A stretch of DNA of 64,000 nt from a virus: positions 1 through 64,000 of IMG/VR virus record IMGVR_UViG_3300018481_000003; one strand, 5' to 3'. Below the pieces are notes generated by a model that ran no database searches, was not told the DNA's origin, and was given only the letters and a program-made list of their open reading frames with translations. How positions within the stretch are numbered: the first letter of the stretch is position 1; the number at the start of each line of letters is the position of its first letter. Positions 40,230 to 49,781 of this stretch are shown here, one piece after another. Made by a program: the position numbers and the translations under genes.

Positions 40230-41404
40230 GCATCACCGACTTGATGGCGTCTCCGACGTATCGCTCGACCCGTGGTCGAGTTCCGGTCTACCGTCCTCTG
40301 CTCAACGGTCAAGAGTTCGACATCACCGTCAAGGAGGCGGCGGTCATCCTTGGCGACAACACCCATGAGACTGCGGTGTTGTCGTGTTCGTCCTCGACGT
40401 TGACGAACCTCGACGGCATTCTCGACTCGACGTTGAGCTTCTTCTTCGGCCAAGCCCCACGTACCGAACTGTTTTGCGGCTACATCACCAGTGTCAGTGA
40501 GGAAGATGCTGGGAAGGGCAACCTGACGTTCAGCCTCATGGTGTTGGGGGCGACGCAGCCGATGCTCAAGGGACGGCCCAGGTTCTGGCGCAACAAGACG
40601 GTACCTGCTGCTGTCGAATCGTTGAGTTACGCCAACGGATTGGGATTTCACGGAAGTTCGCATACCCACCTATGGGGCGTCCTCGCACAGACCAGTGAGT
40701 CCGACTGGCAGATGGCTGTCCAGTACACCAAGCGTCTCGGCTGGTCGCTGTTCACCAGGTACGGCGTGTTGATGTGCATGGACCCCAACGAGTTGATCAG
40801 CACCAAAGGCGCCTATGTCACGCTCTGTTCGATCGAGAAGCTGGGGGACTACGACATCACCGAAGAACGACGCCTGATCGAGTTCACCCCTTCGGAGAAG
40901 TCCGAAGAGATCCCCGAGAACATGGGCACCCAGGTCGCCTACTTCTCCGACAAGGGCGATGTCCAGGTGATCAAGGAGATCGGAGACTTCAAGTCGTACC
41001 GCTTCGTCAACAACGTGGTGCTCCGCAACCGTGACGAAGCAGAGATCATCGCCAACGCCGGGGCGTCACGGGTCAGCGAGTGGAAGCAGAAGGCTGAGGC
41101 CCGTATTTGGGGCGACGCTGACATCTATCCCGGCATGTGTGTCGATGTTGTCACCGCCAACCGGGCCTACTACCGGGAGAAGTTCGACGGTCGGTGGCTC
41201 GTTCAATCTGTGGGCCACAAGATGGACGGGCAGCAGTACCAGACCAACCTGCGCTTGGCTCGGCCTGCTTCGGACACTCAGATCACTCAGGACGTGTACC
41301 GGTCGTTCTGGTTGGAGGCTGGTCGCTCTCGCCCGACCTTGTCGATTCAGGACAAGGCCTGGGTGTCGTCGTGGACCAACCCAACACTGCGGGATGTGGC
41401 CTGA
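40226..41404 (+). CDS. baseplate hub protein (late control gene D / gpD-like)
   Basis: 392 aa with a GTGA overlap. The pattern ..FFFGQAPRTELFCGYITSV..VLAQTSESDWQMAVQYTKRLGWSLFTRYGVLMC.. and its position before a gp25-like gene fit gpD-like proteins. Confidence 0.65.
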   Translation: MSITDLMASPTYRSTRGRVPVYRPLLNGQEFDITVKEAAVILGDNTHETAVLSCSSSTLTNLDGILDSTLSFFFGQAPRTELFCGYITSVSEEDAGKGNLTFSLMVLGATQPMLKGRPRFWRNKTVPAAVESLSYANGLGFHGSSHTHLWGVLAQTSESDWQMAVQYTKRLGWSLFTRYGVLMCMDPNELISTKGAYVTLCSIEKLGDYDITEERRLIEFTPSEKSEEIPENMGTQVAYFSDKGDVQVIKEIGDFKSYRFVNNVVLRNRDEAEIIANAGASRVSEWKQKAEARIWGDADIYPGMCVDVVTANRAYYREKFDGRWLVQSVGHKMDGQQYQTNLRLARPASDTQITQDVYRSFWLEAGRSRPTLSIQDKAWVSSWTNPTLRDVA

Positions 41405-41844
41405 TGCGAGCGATTCGCTATCCCTTCCGCTTCACCCCGGCTGGTAGGGTCCAAGAGGCATTGTCATACGAGGACATCGTGCGTGGCCAGGTCATCGATG
41501 CGCTGATGACCAACCAGGGTGAGCGGGTGATGCGTCCCCGTTACGGCAGCGACATCCAGTCAGCACTGTTCGATCCCACCGATGAGTTGGTGCTCAAGGA
41601 TGCCGCCAGTCAGATCAAGGCTCGTCTGGAGAGGATGTTGGAGAGAGCCTTGATCCGTTCGGTGACTATCTCTGCTGGTACCTACACAGCACAGACTCCA
41701 CTGATGGTGAGCGAACCTGGCGTTGTCTACGTCGATATCAGCTATCGGCCATCGCTGTACGCCACCGATGTCAACCTGACAATCCCGGTTGGCTCAGAGT
41801 TCATCCAGCGTTCGCTCGCTGGGGGAGGTACCTCCGTACTATGA
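41404..41844 (+). CDS. baseplate wedge protein (GPW / gp25-like)
   Basis: In-frame part of ORF 41137..41844 from ATG 41404 (TGATG). The sequence ..IRYPFRFTPAGRV..VRGQVIDALMTNQGERVMRPRYGSDIQSALFDP.. is the gp25/W signature. Confidence 0.8.
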   Translation: MRAIRYPFRFTPAGRVQEALSYEDIVRGQVIDALMTNQGERVMRPRYGSDIQSALFDPTDELVLKDAASQIKARLERMLERALIRSVTISAGTYTAQTPLMVSEPGVVYVDISYRPSLYATDVNLTIPVGSEFIQRSLAGGGTSVL

Positions 41845-43727
41845 CCGACACCGGCATTCTCGTCTCGCTAGAGGATGAGGACGTATTCCGTTCACGGGTC
41901 GTCCTCGACTACACCAGCCGAGATTTCACCGCCATCAGGGCACAGCTTGTCGGCCTGGCCGAAGGCCTGATGCCTGAATGGGAAACGGTCGGGGAGTCCT
42001 CCGACTTCGGCACGCTGTTACTGGAACTGTTCGCTTACATGGGCGACGTGATGCACTTCTACATCGACCGCACCGCATCCGAGGCGTTCCTTGGCACGGC
42101 AGTGCGGCGCCAGTCCGTGATGTACATCGCTGACATGTTGGGATACCGGCCTATCGGACAGCAGGCAGCTACCGTCAAGCTCTACTTCTCCTTGGACGCC
42201 AACGCTGAGGAGGAGATCAAGTTGCCCGCCCGCACCAGGGTGTACAACGAGACTGACAACGCCGAGTCCGTCGTCGTCTTCGAAACCGACATGGAAATCA
42301 CTCTTGAGCCGGGAAACGTTGATATCTCGGTGACCGCTACTGAGGGCGTCTCGGTTCGTGATGTGATACTTGGAATCAGCCTGGGCATCCCCAACTCCGA
42401 GTACCTGCTCAGGGAGAAGGGCATCGTCTACGGCACCGTGTCCGTGCAGTCCGACGAGGCCGGTCAGACCCTGCCGTGGACCTTCGTCACCGACCTTGCT
42501 CTTGCTCGCCCGACACAGCCAGTGTTCACCACGTTCCTCGATGACCAAGACAACACACATGTCGTGTTCGGTGACAATGCAGCCGGTCGTATCCCTCCTG
42601 TCGATGCCACGATGTACGTCAGCTACCGCTTTGGCGTCGGGAGAATGGCTAACGACCTCGCTCCCAACACGATCAACACGATCTCAGCATCGTCAGCCAC
42701 GAACATCGATATGTGGGGAGTCACGGTACGTAACCCGCAGTCTCCGATCGGCGGTACTGACCCCGAGACTATTGAGTCAATGAGATTCTCGATCCCCAGG
42801 GCTGCCTCCAGGATCAAGAGTCGGGCTGTCACCCTCAATGACTACGCCGACTTGGCGATGCAGGTTCCGGGCGTGGCCAAGTCAGTCTCCTACGGCACGG
42901 TGTACACCGCCGTCCATGTCGTTCTCGCCCCTGTCGATGGCAAGGGTGACGAGAACTACATGACCAAGCTGTGCCTCCAGGTCGAGGACTACATGAAGGA
43001 CAAGATCATCGTCGGCTCGACGGTCTACGCCGAACCGCATGATGTCGAAGACCTGTGGGAGACGGTCCACATCAGGCTGCTTGTTCATGTGATCGAGGGA
43101 TACAACCGTACGAGCGTCCGTTTGCAGGTCGAGTCGGTGATCATCAGGTTGCTGGAGTTCAACAACGTGGACTTCGGTTGGCGGGTTTCGATCGGCAAGA
43201 TTTACCGGGCCGCTCTGGCAGTCCAGGGCACGGAGTGGGTCGAGTTGATGTGGCTCTCCACAACAGAGCCGACCACGCTTGAGGATCAGGACATGGCTCC
43301 GATCACTGGCAACGCAAACCCTTCTCCTGGGATCGTCACAGACATCGAGGTCGATCCGCTGTTGATCCCGAGGATCGCCCCCACTCCGGTGCTGACAACG
43401 TCAACCGTGATCAAGAGATCCTTGACCTCCAACGTTGCCACGTTGACTACATCGACTACCCACAGCCTGATCCCTGGTGACATCATCGAGGTGCGGAACG
43501 TGGACGCCACGTTCAACGGTCGCTACGAAGTGCTCGCTACTCCTACGGCGACATCGCTGACCTACGACAAGACGAATGCTGATATTCCAGAGGTTGAGCT
43601 TGTCGCTGGCAGCGTGGATCAAATCTCACCACCTGCGGATGAAGCGCTGTTCCCTGGCCTCAGTGAGCCTGAGCGCACCCATAACGGTCTATGGGTGTGG
43701 GCCGTTGGAGGAGTTCCTGGAACGTGA
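41841..43727 (+). CDS. baseplate J-like protein with an extra C-terminal ~65-aa module
   Basis: 628 aa with an ATGA overlap. The N-terminus ..DYTSRDFTAIRAQLVGLAEGLMPEWETVGESSDFGTLLLELFAYMGDVMHFYIDRTASEAFLGTAVRRQSV.. is the baseplate J signature. Confidence 0.85.
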   Translation: MTDTGILVSLEDEDVFRSRVVLDYTSRDFTAIRAQLVGLAEGLMPEWETVGESSDFGTLLLELFAYMGDVMHFYIDRTASEAFLGTAVRRQSVMYIADMLGYRPIGQQAATVKLYFSLDANAEEEIKLPARTRVYNETDNAESVVVFETDMEITLEPGNVDISVTATEGVSVRDVILGISLGIPNSEYLLREKGIVYGTVSVQSDEAGQTLPWTFVTDLALARPTQPVFTTFLDDQDNTHVVFGDNAAGRIPPVDATMYVSYRFGVGRMANDLAPNTINTISASSATNIDMWGVTVRNPQSPIGGTDPETIESMRFSIPRAASRIKSRAVTLNDYADLAMQVPGVAKSVSYGTVYTAVHVVLAPVDGKGDENYMTKLCLQVEDYMKDKIIVGSTVYAEPHDVEDLWETVHIRLLVHVIEGYNRTSVRLQVESVIIRLLEFNNVDFGWRVSIGKIYRAALAVQGTEWVELMWLSTTEPTTLEDQDMAPITGNANPSPGIVTDIEVDPLLIPRIAPTPVLTTSTVIKRSLTSNVATLTTSTTHSLIPGDIIEVRNVDATFNGRYEVLATPTATSLTYDKTNADIPEVELVAGSVDQISPPADEALFPGLSEPERTHNGLWVWAVGGVPGT

Positions 43728-45844
43728 GTGATCCGTGGTGGCCCCCGCTCGTTGACGACCCTGCCTTCCAGGTCAGGCGGCAGTCGTACAGCTTGACGCA
43801 GGGTGGCGACTACGTACGTGGGTCGCAGTACGAGATCAAGGGCACGCTCAGTGGTGCAGCGACACCGTTGCCGACGAGTCCTGAGATCGGAGACACCTGG
43901 CTGCTGGATGCTCCGCTGCCCACTGCTGCGCCTGCTCCGGTAACGGGGATACCAGCGACCTCAGTCAAGGCCGCTGGGCAGGCGATTCGTTGGGATGGTA
44001 CGGACTGGATCAACCTCGGTGTTCTGCCTGCCGTTCACCAGACGGTCCTGCGCTATCCGACGACAGAGCCTGGCTACGAAGACGTTGAGGGCAAGGCGTA
44101 TCTCACCATACGTTGGTATGGGCACGAAACGGTGAGCGTCAAATTGCCACCTGATTCCGAGAATCTCTTGCCTCGGGACATCATCCAGCCCATCGGTGTG
44201 GCCGAGATCGCTTGGGGCTGGCCGATCAGTCTGGAGTCCAACTGGGATGAGGTCGCCCTGATCCGTTCTGGTTTCGGACGCCCAGTGACCGTCACTGATG
44301 GGGTCACGGTGTTCCGGGCAACGCAGGCTTCCTTCATCAAGGATGGTGTGATGACACCGCCGCCTGTCGTCTACGACCGACCACTACAGGTCGGCCGGTA
44401 CTTCTACTACTCACTGTTCTTCCGCACGACGCAACTGGACTGGGTACTCGGCATGTCCGAAGAAGTGCTGATCCCCAGGGATTACAAGCACGCCGACCAT
44501 CTGTGGAACACGATCCCTCCGTGGTACCGATACACCGACGACAACCTGCGAACCGGCAGTGCTGAGAACAAGCTCGACGGTGGTCCGCTTCTCAAGTACC
44601 TCACCCTGTTCGGTTGGGAACTGGACCGGACCCGTGAGTACGTCGAACAGTGGCAGAACGTCTACAACATCGACAAGTCTCCGATGTCTCTGTTGCGGAA
44701 GGTCGGTGACAACTTCGGGGTGCCCTACAAGGCGGCTGTTGGTGACGTGAGATACCGCAGCATGCTCGCTGCTCTCCCGCAACTGCTTCTGATTCGTGGT
44801 ACCTCTGCTGCTCTGGAGGGAGTGATCGAGGCTGGGTCGAAGTGGCTGTGTGGTACCACCATCGGCCCCAACCTGATGCTGCTCGTTGATGACTCGACGT
44901 TCCGCACTGGTCCCGGTAACTGGGGCACCCAACACACCGGAGCCGGTGTCGGTTGGGATTATCTCACCGCCAACGAAGTGATCATCAAGGCAGGGCCGAA
45001 CACTGGTGGCGGCAACACACCATCGGCTCCTTACGGTGAGAAGTCGATGCGTGTGCAGACCATCAACTCCAAGGAGACTGCCAACTTCGGCATCTCCTGT
45101 GGCTGCATCTTCCGACTCAACGAGGCTGATCCTCCCGATGTGGTCGGCGTCTATCCACGCACTGCTGGTATCGCAATCCACGAAGGCTTCCAGTACGGAT
45201 TCACTGTCCAGGTGTACGCCGAGGCAGCGGTGACGGTGCGGGTCGCCCTGCTGTGGTTCGGCAAGGGCGGCTACCCGACCACCTATCTCAGCAAATCAGA
45301 GAAGGCCACCACGTACACCGCCACGAACAAGCAGTTGACATCGAACGTCGCCACCCTGACGATTGGGACGCACCCACTCATCGTCGGGAATTCGATCGAC
45401 GTGACGAACATCGATGCCGTCTTCAACGGCACCTACACGATCACAGCGATAGCGGCAACCACGGTGTCGTACGCCAAGACGAACGCCAACGTTGCCTCGA
45501 CCCCGATAGCCACCGGCACGGTCACCAGGGGGGAGAGTGCCACGGTCGGTGGTTGGAAGAACTTCTTCCACCAAGGTGTGGCTCCACCGGGAGCGATCTA
45601 CATGTGTCCGGCGCTGTACTTCACCGGTCGTGCTGCTGTTGTCGATTCACCGGAGCGCTCAGGGTTCATCGACCTCGCCGGGGCGATGGTCTACGAGGTA
45701 GATCAAGTGTCCGTGCCGAGGAACTACATCGCCCCTGACAAATTCTTCACCCTTGGTGATGCCGAAGAGGTGTTGGGTGTCGAGACTGAAATTGAAGGCG
45801 ACGAGGTTGGCGGCTACATCCTCGGCAATCCGAGGGCAACTTAA
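43724..45844 (+). CDS. baseplate/tail protein (P2 gpI-like) with the shared ~65-aa module
   Basis: In-frame part of ORF 43691..45844. GTG 43724 overlaps the stop of the J gene (GTGA) and lies 10 nt after GGAGGAG. The segment ..LLRKVGDNFGVPYKAAVGDVRYRSMLAALPQLLLIRGTSAALEGVIE.. resembles gpI-type proteins. Confidence 0.65.
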   Translation: MSDPWWPPLVDDPAFQVRRQSYSLTQGGDYVRGSQYEIKGTLSGAATPLPTSPEIGDTWLLDAPLPTAAPAPVTGIPATSVKAAGQAIRWDGTDWINLGVLPAVHQTVLRYPTTEPGYEDVEGKAYLTIRWYGHETVSVKLPPDSENLLPRDIIQPIGVAEIAWGWPISLESNWDEVALIRSGFGRPVTVTDGVTVFRATQASFIKDGVMTPPPVVYDRPLQVGRYFYYSLFFRTTQLDWVLGMSEEVLIPRDYKHADHLWNTIPPWYRYTDDNLRTGSAENKLDGGPLLKYLTLFGWELDRTREYVEQWQNVYNIDKSPMSLLRKVGDNFGVPYKAAVGDVRYRSMLAALPQLLLIRGTSAALEGVIEAGSKWLCGTTIGPNLMLLVDDSTFRTGPGNWGTQHTGAGVGWDYLTANEVIIKAGPNTGGGNTPSAPYGEKSMRVQTINSKETANFGISCGCIFRLNEADPPDVVGVYPRTAGIAIHEGFQYGFTVQVYAEAAVTVRVALLWFGKGGYPTTYLSKSEKATTYTATNKQLTSNVATLTIGTHPLIVGNSIDVTNIDAVFNGTYTITAIAATTVSYAKTNANVASTPIATGTVTRGESATVGGWKNFFHQGVAPPGAIYMCPALYFTGRAAVVDSPERSGFIDLAGAMVYEVDQVSVPRNYIAPDKFFTLGDAEEVLGVETEIEGDEVGGYILGNPRAT

Positions 45845-48549
45845 TGTCATACTTCTTCACCAACAGTGCCCGTCAGAAGATGTTCACCACTCCAGCAGCG
45901 TTCAGTGGAGGCACGATCTCGATCACCTTCTACCGTGAGGCTCCGACGTTTGAGAACAATGACGCTAGGTACGTCACCGCTGTCACCCTTGCAGACCTGG
46001 AAGAGAACCTGGGGTGGGTACAAGCAGACGCTGATCCGGTCACCTTCACCACGGCGACCACCAAGGAGATCGAGGCCAACCTCTATGTGAGGTACGGACG
46101 AGTTCCCTTCACCGCCCTCTCTGCTCCGGTTGAAGCCAAAGCGATGGCCTTCACGCTTGCCGGTGAGATCATCTTCGTCACGAACTCACCGTTCCTGAAG
46201 ACGGCGCTGATCTCACCACAGGATGGTCTGACCTCCAACCCGGATGCAGGCACAGACTTTGAGGTTCCTCCACCTGAGTCCAACAACCGCTGGCTGTTCG
46301 CATGGGCTGAGGCACCTAGTTCATCACTGACGCTTCCAGGAACGACCGGCAACTACCTCTCGACACCTGATGCAACGGCGCTGGACATCACTAGTGAGAT
46401 GACTGTCATTGCGAGGATCAAGCCAACTGACTGGACCCCTGCGTCACAGGTGAACATCGTTTCCAAAGCGCTGACCACTACCAACATTTCGTGGTACTTC
46501 CAGTTGACTCCCACAGGTCAGCTTCAGTTCACTTGGTCATCTGGCGGCACAAGTGCCACCAACACCAACAAGTTGTCTGGCGGAAACCTGGCGGCGCTGG
46601 TTAACAACACTTGGTTGTACGTGTCGGTGACATTCGTCGGGGCCACCGGGAGTGTTCGATTTTGGACCTCCCCTGACAACGTAGCCTGGACAGAACTCGG
46701 GACAACGACAGCAGTTGGAGCAACCTCGATCTTCTCCGGTGCCGCTCCCTTGGAGATAGGTAGCGCCAGTGGTGGACTACTTCCCTTTGCTGGTGGCATC
46801 GGCTACGTCCAGATCCGTAACACCACAGCCGCTGGTGGTGAGGTGTTCCGCTTCGATTTGGCCAACCTCAACGGGCTAGCTCCAGCGGCCACGACGTTCA
46901 CAGCTACTACCGGCCAGACCGTCACGATCAACAAGACAGGTTCTTCCTATATCACATCAGGACCTACCACTGTCGCCTCGGTGTTCGAAGGGCCGCTTGC
47001 TATCTCACAGGGTGCGCCACCGTTCGAAGCCAGCCACACCCAACACGTCTGGCTTTATCCACAGCGAACCAACTTCATCGCCAACCCCAGCTTCGAAGGG
47101 GCTGCGACGGCGATGGGCTACTGGGGTTGCAATGGTGCGGCCTCCCGAGTTCCACTTCCGACACCGACCGCCGTCACTGGTGGGTGGGCTGGAAAGTTCG
47201 GTGCTCCTCCAGCAGGGGTGTCCTTCCCTGGCACTAGCGGAAACTACTTGTCAACACCTGATGCCGCTGCGCTCGACATCACCGCCGACATCTGCATCGT
47301 CGCCCACATCAAACCTATTTCGTGGATACCGGACAGTGTTGATCACGGGAACATGGCGATCGTCTCCAAGTGGGGAGGTTCACCGAACAACTCCTGGCAG
47401 TTCAACGTGGAAATGTCGGGGTACCTGGAGTTCGTTTGGTCGGTGGCTGGATCGGCCAGTGTCATCGCCACGTCGGCTGACTTCTCGACCATTCCTGGCG
47501 GGGGGCCTGCCGATGGTGAGTGGATGTACGTTGCCGTGTCGTTCCAAGCCAACACCGGCTCTAGTACCCGGTCCATCAAGTTCTGGACTTCTCCCGACAA
47601 CGACAACTGGACTCAACTCGGGACAACTGCTGGGGGAGTCAACACGGCGATCTTCTCATCGAACGCTGAAGTACAGATCGGTGGAACAACTGGCACCCTC
47701 GATGATTTCTACGGAGGCATTAGTTACGTCTCGATACGCGCTGGGGTCGGAGTAGGCAACATCATTGGGGGTACCGAGAGGTTCCGCTTCGAAGGGTCTG
47801 ACATCACCGATGTCGCCACCGATACGTTTACGGCTTCGACTGGTCAGACGGTCACCATCCATCGCTCTGGTAGTCCTGCCACAGAAGTTACGACTTCAAC
47901 ACTTGTTGTGGAGTCCAACGTCTTCCCCACCTACCGCGCCGAACACTGGACGGTGCAGCTTCGGGCCAGAGGTGACGGCAACCTCAAGGTCGGCTTCGTG
48001 TGGTGGGACGATGACTTCACGTCCACGGCGGTGGACTGGGGTGTCGAGACTTGGACGTTGAGTTCAGGATCGTTCACTCATATCGCCATTTGCCGCACTG
48101 CCGTAGAGACGTATCAAGGCATGCTCCGTCTGGAGTTCGACGGCACTGAGATACTCATCGACCAGGTGCTCGTAGAGCGGGGCTTCCTCAAGGACTGGGA
48201 CTACTTCGACGGCGACAGCCGTTACGGCGAGCGTGACGACTACTCCTGGTACGGCGGGGAGACACGCAAGGGCAAGACGTACAGCATGTGGTACAACAAC
48301 TACAAGGCGGTCCACGGGCGCATGTTCGCCAGGGAGACTGACGACCTCTCCAAGATCACCGACGAGGATCTGGAGCAGTACGGCTACGTCTACAAGTGGA
48401 TACCGTCAGGGACCATTGTCATACCACACAGCGGTGTGCTCCATGAGGGTGACACCGTGGCTGAGGTCATCTACAAGGACCCCACCAGCGTGTTGAGTTA
48501 CAAGGCCGACGACACCGACGTCATGGGGATCGACAACCCCTGGACCTAG
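45844..48549 (+). CDS. tail fibre / receptor-binding candidate with two LamG domains and a C-terminal beta-sandwich
   Basis: 901 aa with a TAATG overlap. Two paralogous segments, ..LPGTTGNYLSTPDATALDITSEMTVIARIKPTDW..FWTSPDNVAWTELG.. and ..FPGTSGNYLSTPDAAALDITADICIVAHIKPISW..FWTSPDNDNWTQLG.. Confidence 0.7.
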   Translation: MSYFFTNSARQKMFTTPAAFSGGTISITFYREAPTFENNDARYVTAVTLADLEENLGWVQADADPVTFTTATTKEIEANLYVRYGRVPFTALSAPVEAKAMAFTLAGEIIFVTNSPFLKTALISPQDGLTSNPDAGTDFEVPPPESNNRWLFAWAEAPSSSLTLPGTTGNYLSTPDATALDITSEMTVIARIKPTDWTPASQVNIVSKALTTTNISWYFQLTPTGQLQFTWSSGGTSATNTNKLSGGNLAALVNNTWLYVSVTFVGATGSVRFWTSPDNVAWTELGTTTAVGATSIFSGAAPLEIGSASGGLLPFAGGIGYVQIRNTTAAGGEVFRFDLANLNGLAPAATTFTATTGQTVTINKTGSSYITSGPTTVASVFEGPLAISQGAPPFEASHTQHVWLYPQRTNFIANPSFEGAATAMGYWGCNGAASRVPLPTPTAVTGGWAGKFGAPPAGVSFPGTSGNYLSTPDAAALDITADICIVAHIKPISWIPDSVDHGNMAIVSKWGGSPNNSWQFNVEMSGYLEFVWSVAGSASVIATSADFSTIPGGGPADGEWMYVAVSFQANTGSSTRSIKFWTSPDNDNWTQLGTTAGGVNTAIFSSNAEVQIGGTTGTLDDFYGGISYVSIRAGVGVGNIIGGTERFRFEGSDITDVATDTFTASTGQTVTIHRSGSPATEVTTSTLVVESNVFPTYRAEHWTVQLRARGDGNLKVGFVWWDDDFTSTAVDWGVETWTLSSGSFTHIAICRTAVETYQGMLRLEFDGTEILIDQVLVERGFLKDWDYFDGDSRYGERDDYSWYGGETRKGKTYSMWYNNYKAVHGRMFARETDDLSKITDEDLEQYGYVYKWIPSGTIVIPHSGVLHEGDTVAEVIYKDPTSVLSYKADDTDVMGIDNPWT

Positions 48550-48558
48550 ACTCCGACG

Positions 48559-48816
48559 ATGGAGTATGTCGTCGTTGTACTAGCGGTGTGGGGTGTGTGC
48601 GACACCGCCAAGGTCCTGCTAGATGGACCTGAGTGGGCCTGGAAGGTTCTGCCGTTCGTTCTCGGTCTGGCTGGGCAGGCCTTGGTCAACCCCTCCTACC
48701 TGTGGTACGGGATCGGCTGGGGGGCGGCAGCGATGTTGTTGACACTCGTCTCGGACGTGTTGCTGGTAACCGCAGACTGGGTTAGGTTTGCGGCTCTGCG
48801 TACGCAGAAGAGATGA
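48559..48816 (+). CDS. small membrane protein, holin-like (85 aa, 2-3 hydrophobic helices, basic C-terminus)
   Basis: MEYVVVVLAVWGVC..WKVLPFVLGLAGQALV..GIGWGAAAMLLTLVSDVLLV..RTQKR. Lies after the fibre gene, near the end of the late operon. Confidence 0.5.
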   Translation: MEYVVVVLAVWGVCDTAKVLLDGPEWAWKVLPFVLGLAGQALVNPSYLWYGIGWGAAAMLLTLVSDVLLVTADWVRFAALRTQKR

Positions 48817-48829
48817 AGGAGAATCCGCC

Positions 48830-49669
48830 GTGGCAATGCATTTAGTACTCGGTGATGGGGAGATGTCCAAGAAGGAACTCACCGAGACACTCAAGGACCT
48901 GTGGGACAAGGCTGGCGAGGAAGCGTTCTGGTTCATCGTCCAGGGCAAGAGCGAACCCACAGAAACCGACACCAACCTCGTCAAGTGGCTGGTGACCAAC
49001 GAGGTCTGGTTCGAAGTCCTCACCGACGACGCCGATGCGATGGACGAGCTTTACAGCGACGCCCAGGAGACGCACGTCGTCAAGCGTCTCGGGCAGAAGG
49101 CCGTCAGCCTGCTCAACACCAAGCCCGAGGAGGACGAGTCGGCCGACGTGTTGGCCCTGTTCGTCTCCGACGACTCCGCTGCCGAGGAAGACCGCTGGCT
49201 GAACAGTGTTCTCCAACTGGTGGTCGATGCCGGGTTCAAGGTCTACGGTCTGAACGACGGTCTGGTCGAAGTCGATCTCGACGGCGAGGCCGACACCACC
49301 ACAGAAGAAGAGGAAGAGGAAACTGTGCCCACCCCCACCAAGAGAGGCTCTGTCAAGAAGGCGGCAGCCGCCAAGGCAGCAGCACCGGCCAAGGCCAAGT
49401 CGTACACCAAGGACGACCTGGAAGAGATGGAACTCGATGAGTTGAAGAAGATCGCTGGCGACAAGGGCATCGAGTTGCCACCGCGCACTCGTCACGCCAC
49501 GTACATCGCCGCCATCTTGGGTGAGGACAGCAAGGACGCACCGGCAGTCGAGGTCACCAGCCCACCGGTCACCAAGACGGTGGAGTCGTCCAACGGCGAC
49601 ATCGATGAGGTTGTCGAGCAGGTTCTGGAGATCGTCATCGAGAAGTTGGTCAAAGCGCTCCAGGCGTAG
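48830..49669 (+). CDS. acidic protein with a Lys/Ala-rich linker and a SAP/Rho_N-like helix-extended-helix motif
   Basis: In-frame part of ORF 48788..49669. GTG 48830 lies 8 nt after GAAGGAG; ATG 48836 is an alternative. Contains ..TTTEEEEEETVPTPTKRGSVKKAAAAKAAAPAKAKSYTKDDLEEMELDELKKIAGDKGIELPPRTRHATYIAAIL.. Confidence 0.65.
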   Translation: MAMHLVLGDGEMSKKELTETLKDLWDKAGEEAFWFIVQGKSEPTETDTNLVKWLVTNEVWFEVLTDDADAMDELYSDAQETHVVKRLGQKAVSLLNTKPEEDESADVLALFVSDDSAAEEDRWLNSVLQLVVDAGFKVYGLNDGLVEVDLDGEADTTTEEEEEETVPTPTKRGSVKKAAAAKAAAPAKAKSYTKDDLEEMELDELKKIAGDKGIELPPRTRHATYIAAILGEDSKDAPAVEVTSPPVTKTVESSNGDIDEVVEQVLEIVIEKLVKALQA

Positions 49670-49695
49670 TTCGCGAGCACTACGTCTGTGTAGCC

Positions 49696-49732
49696 AACAG
49701 GCCCCGGTTGTCATGGGCGACCGGGGCCTGTT
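49696..49732 (+). terminator. strong intrinsic terminator-like hairpin ending the late operon
   Basis: AACAGGCCCCGGT / ACCGGGGCCTGTT, a 13-bp perfect stem with an 11-nt loop, 27 nt after the stop at 49669. Confidence 0.7.
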
Positions 49733-49745
49733 GTTATACCCGACG

Positions 49746-49774
49746 TTGTGTTGGCGTCAAAGGTACGGTACCAT
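49746..49774 (+). promoter_or_regulatory. candidate promoter (TTGTGT - 17 nt - TACCAT) positioned for a leaderless transcript starting at GTG 49782
   Basis: The -10 matches TANNNT and ends 7 nt before GTG 49782. There is no SD upstream of that start. It lies directly after the terminator. Confidence 0.35.
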
Positions 49775-49781
49775 TGTCGGA

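Noticed and set aside
45844-48549. A diversity-generating retroelement acting on the fibre or LamG genes.
   Set aside because: No reverse-transcriptase-like ORF exists anywhere in the window. There is no near-identical template/variable repeat pair downstream of either LamG protein. The internal LamG duplications are old and diverged.
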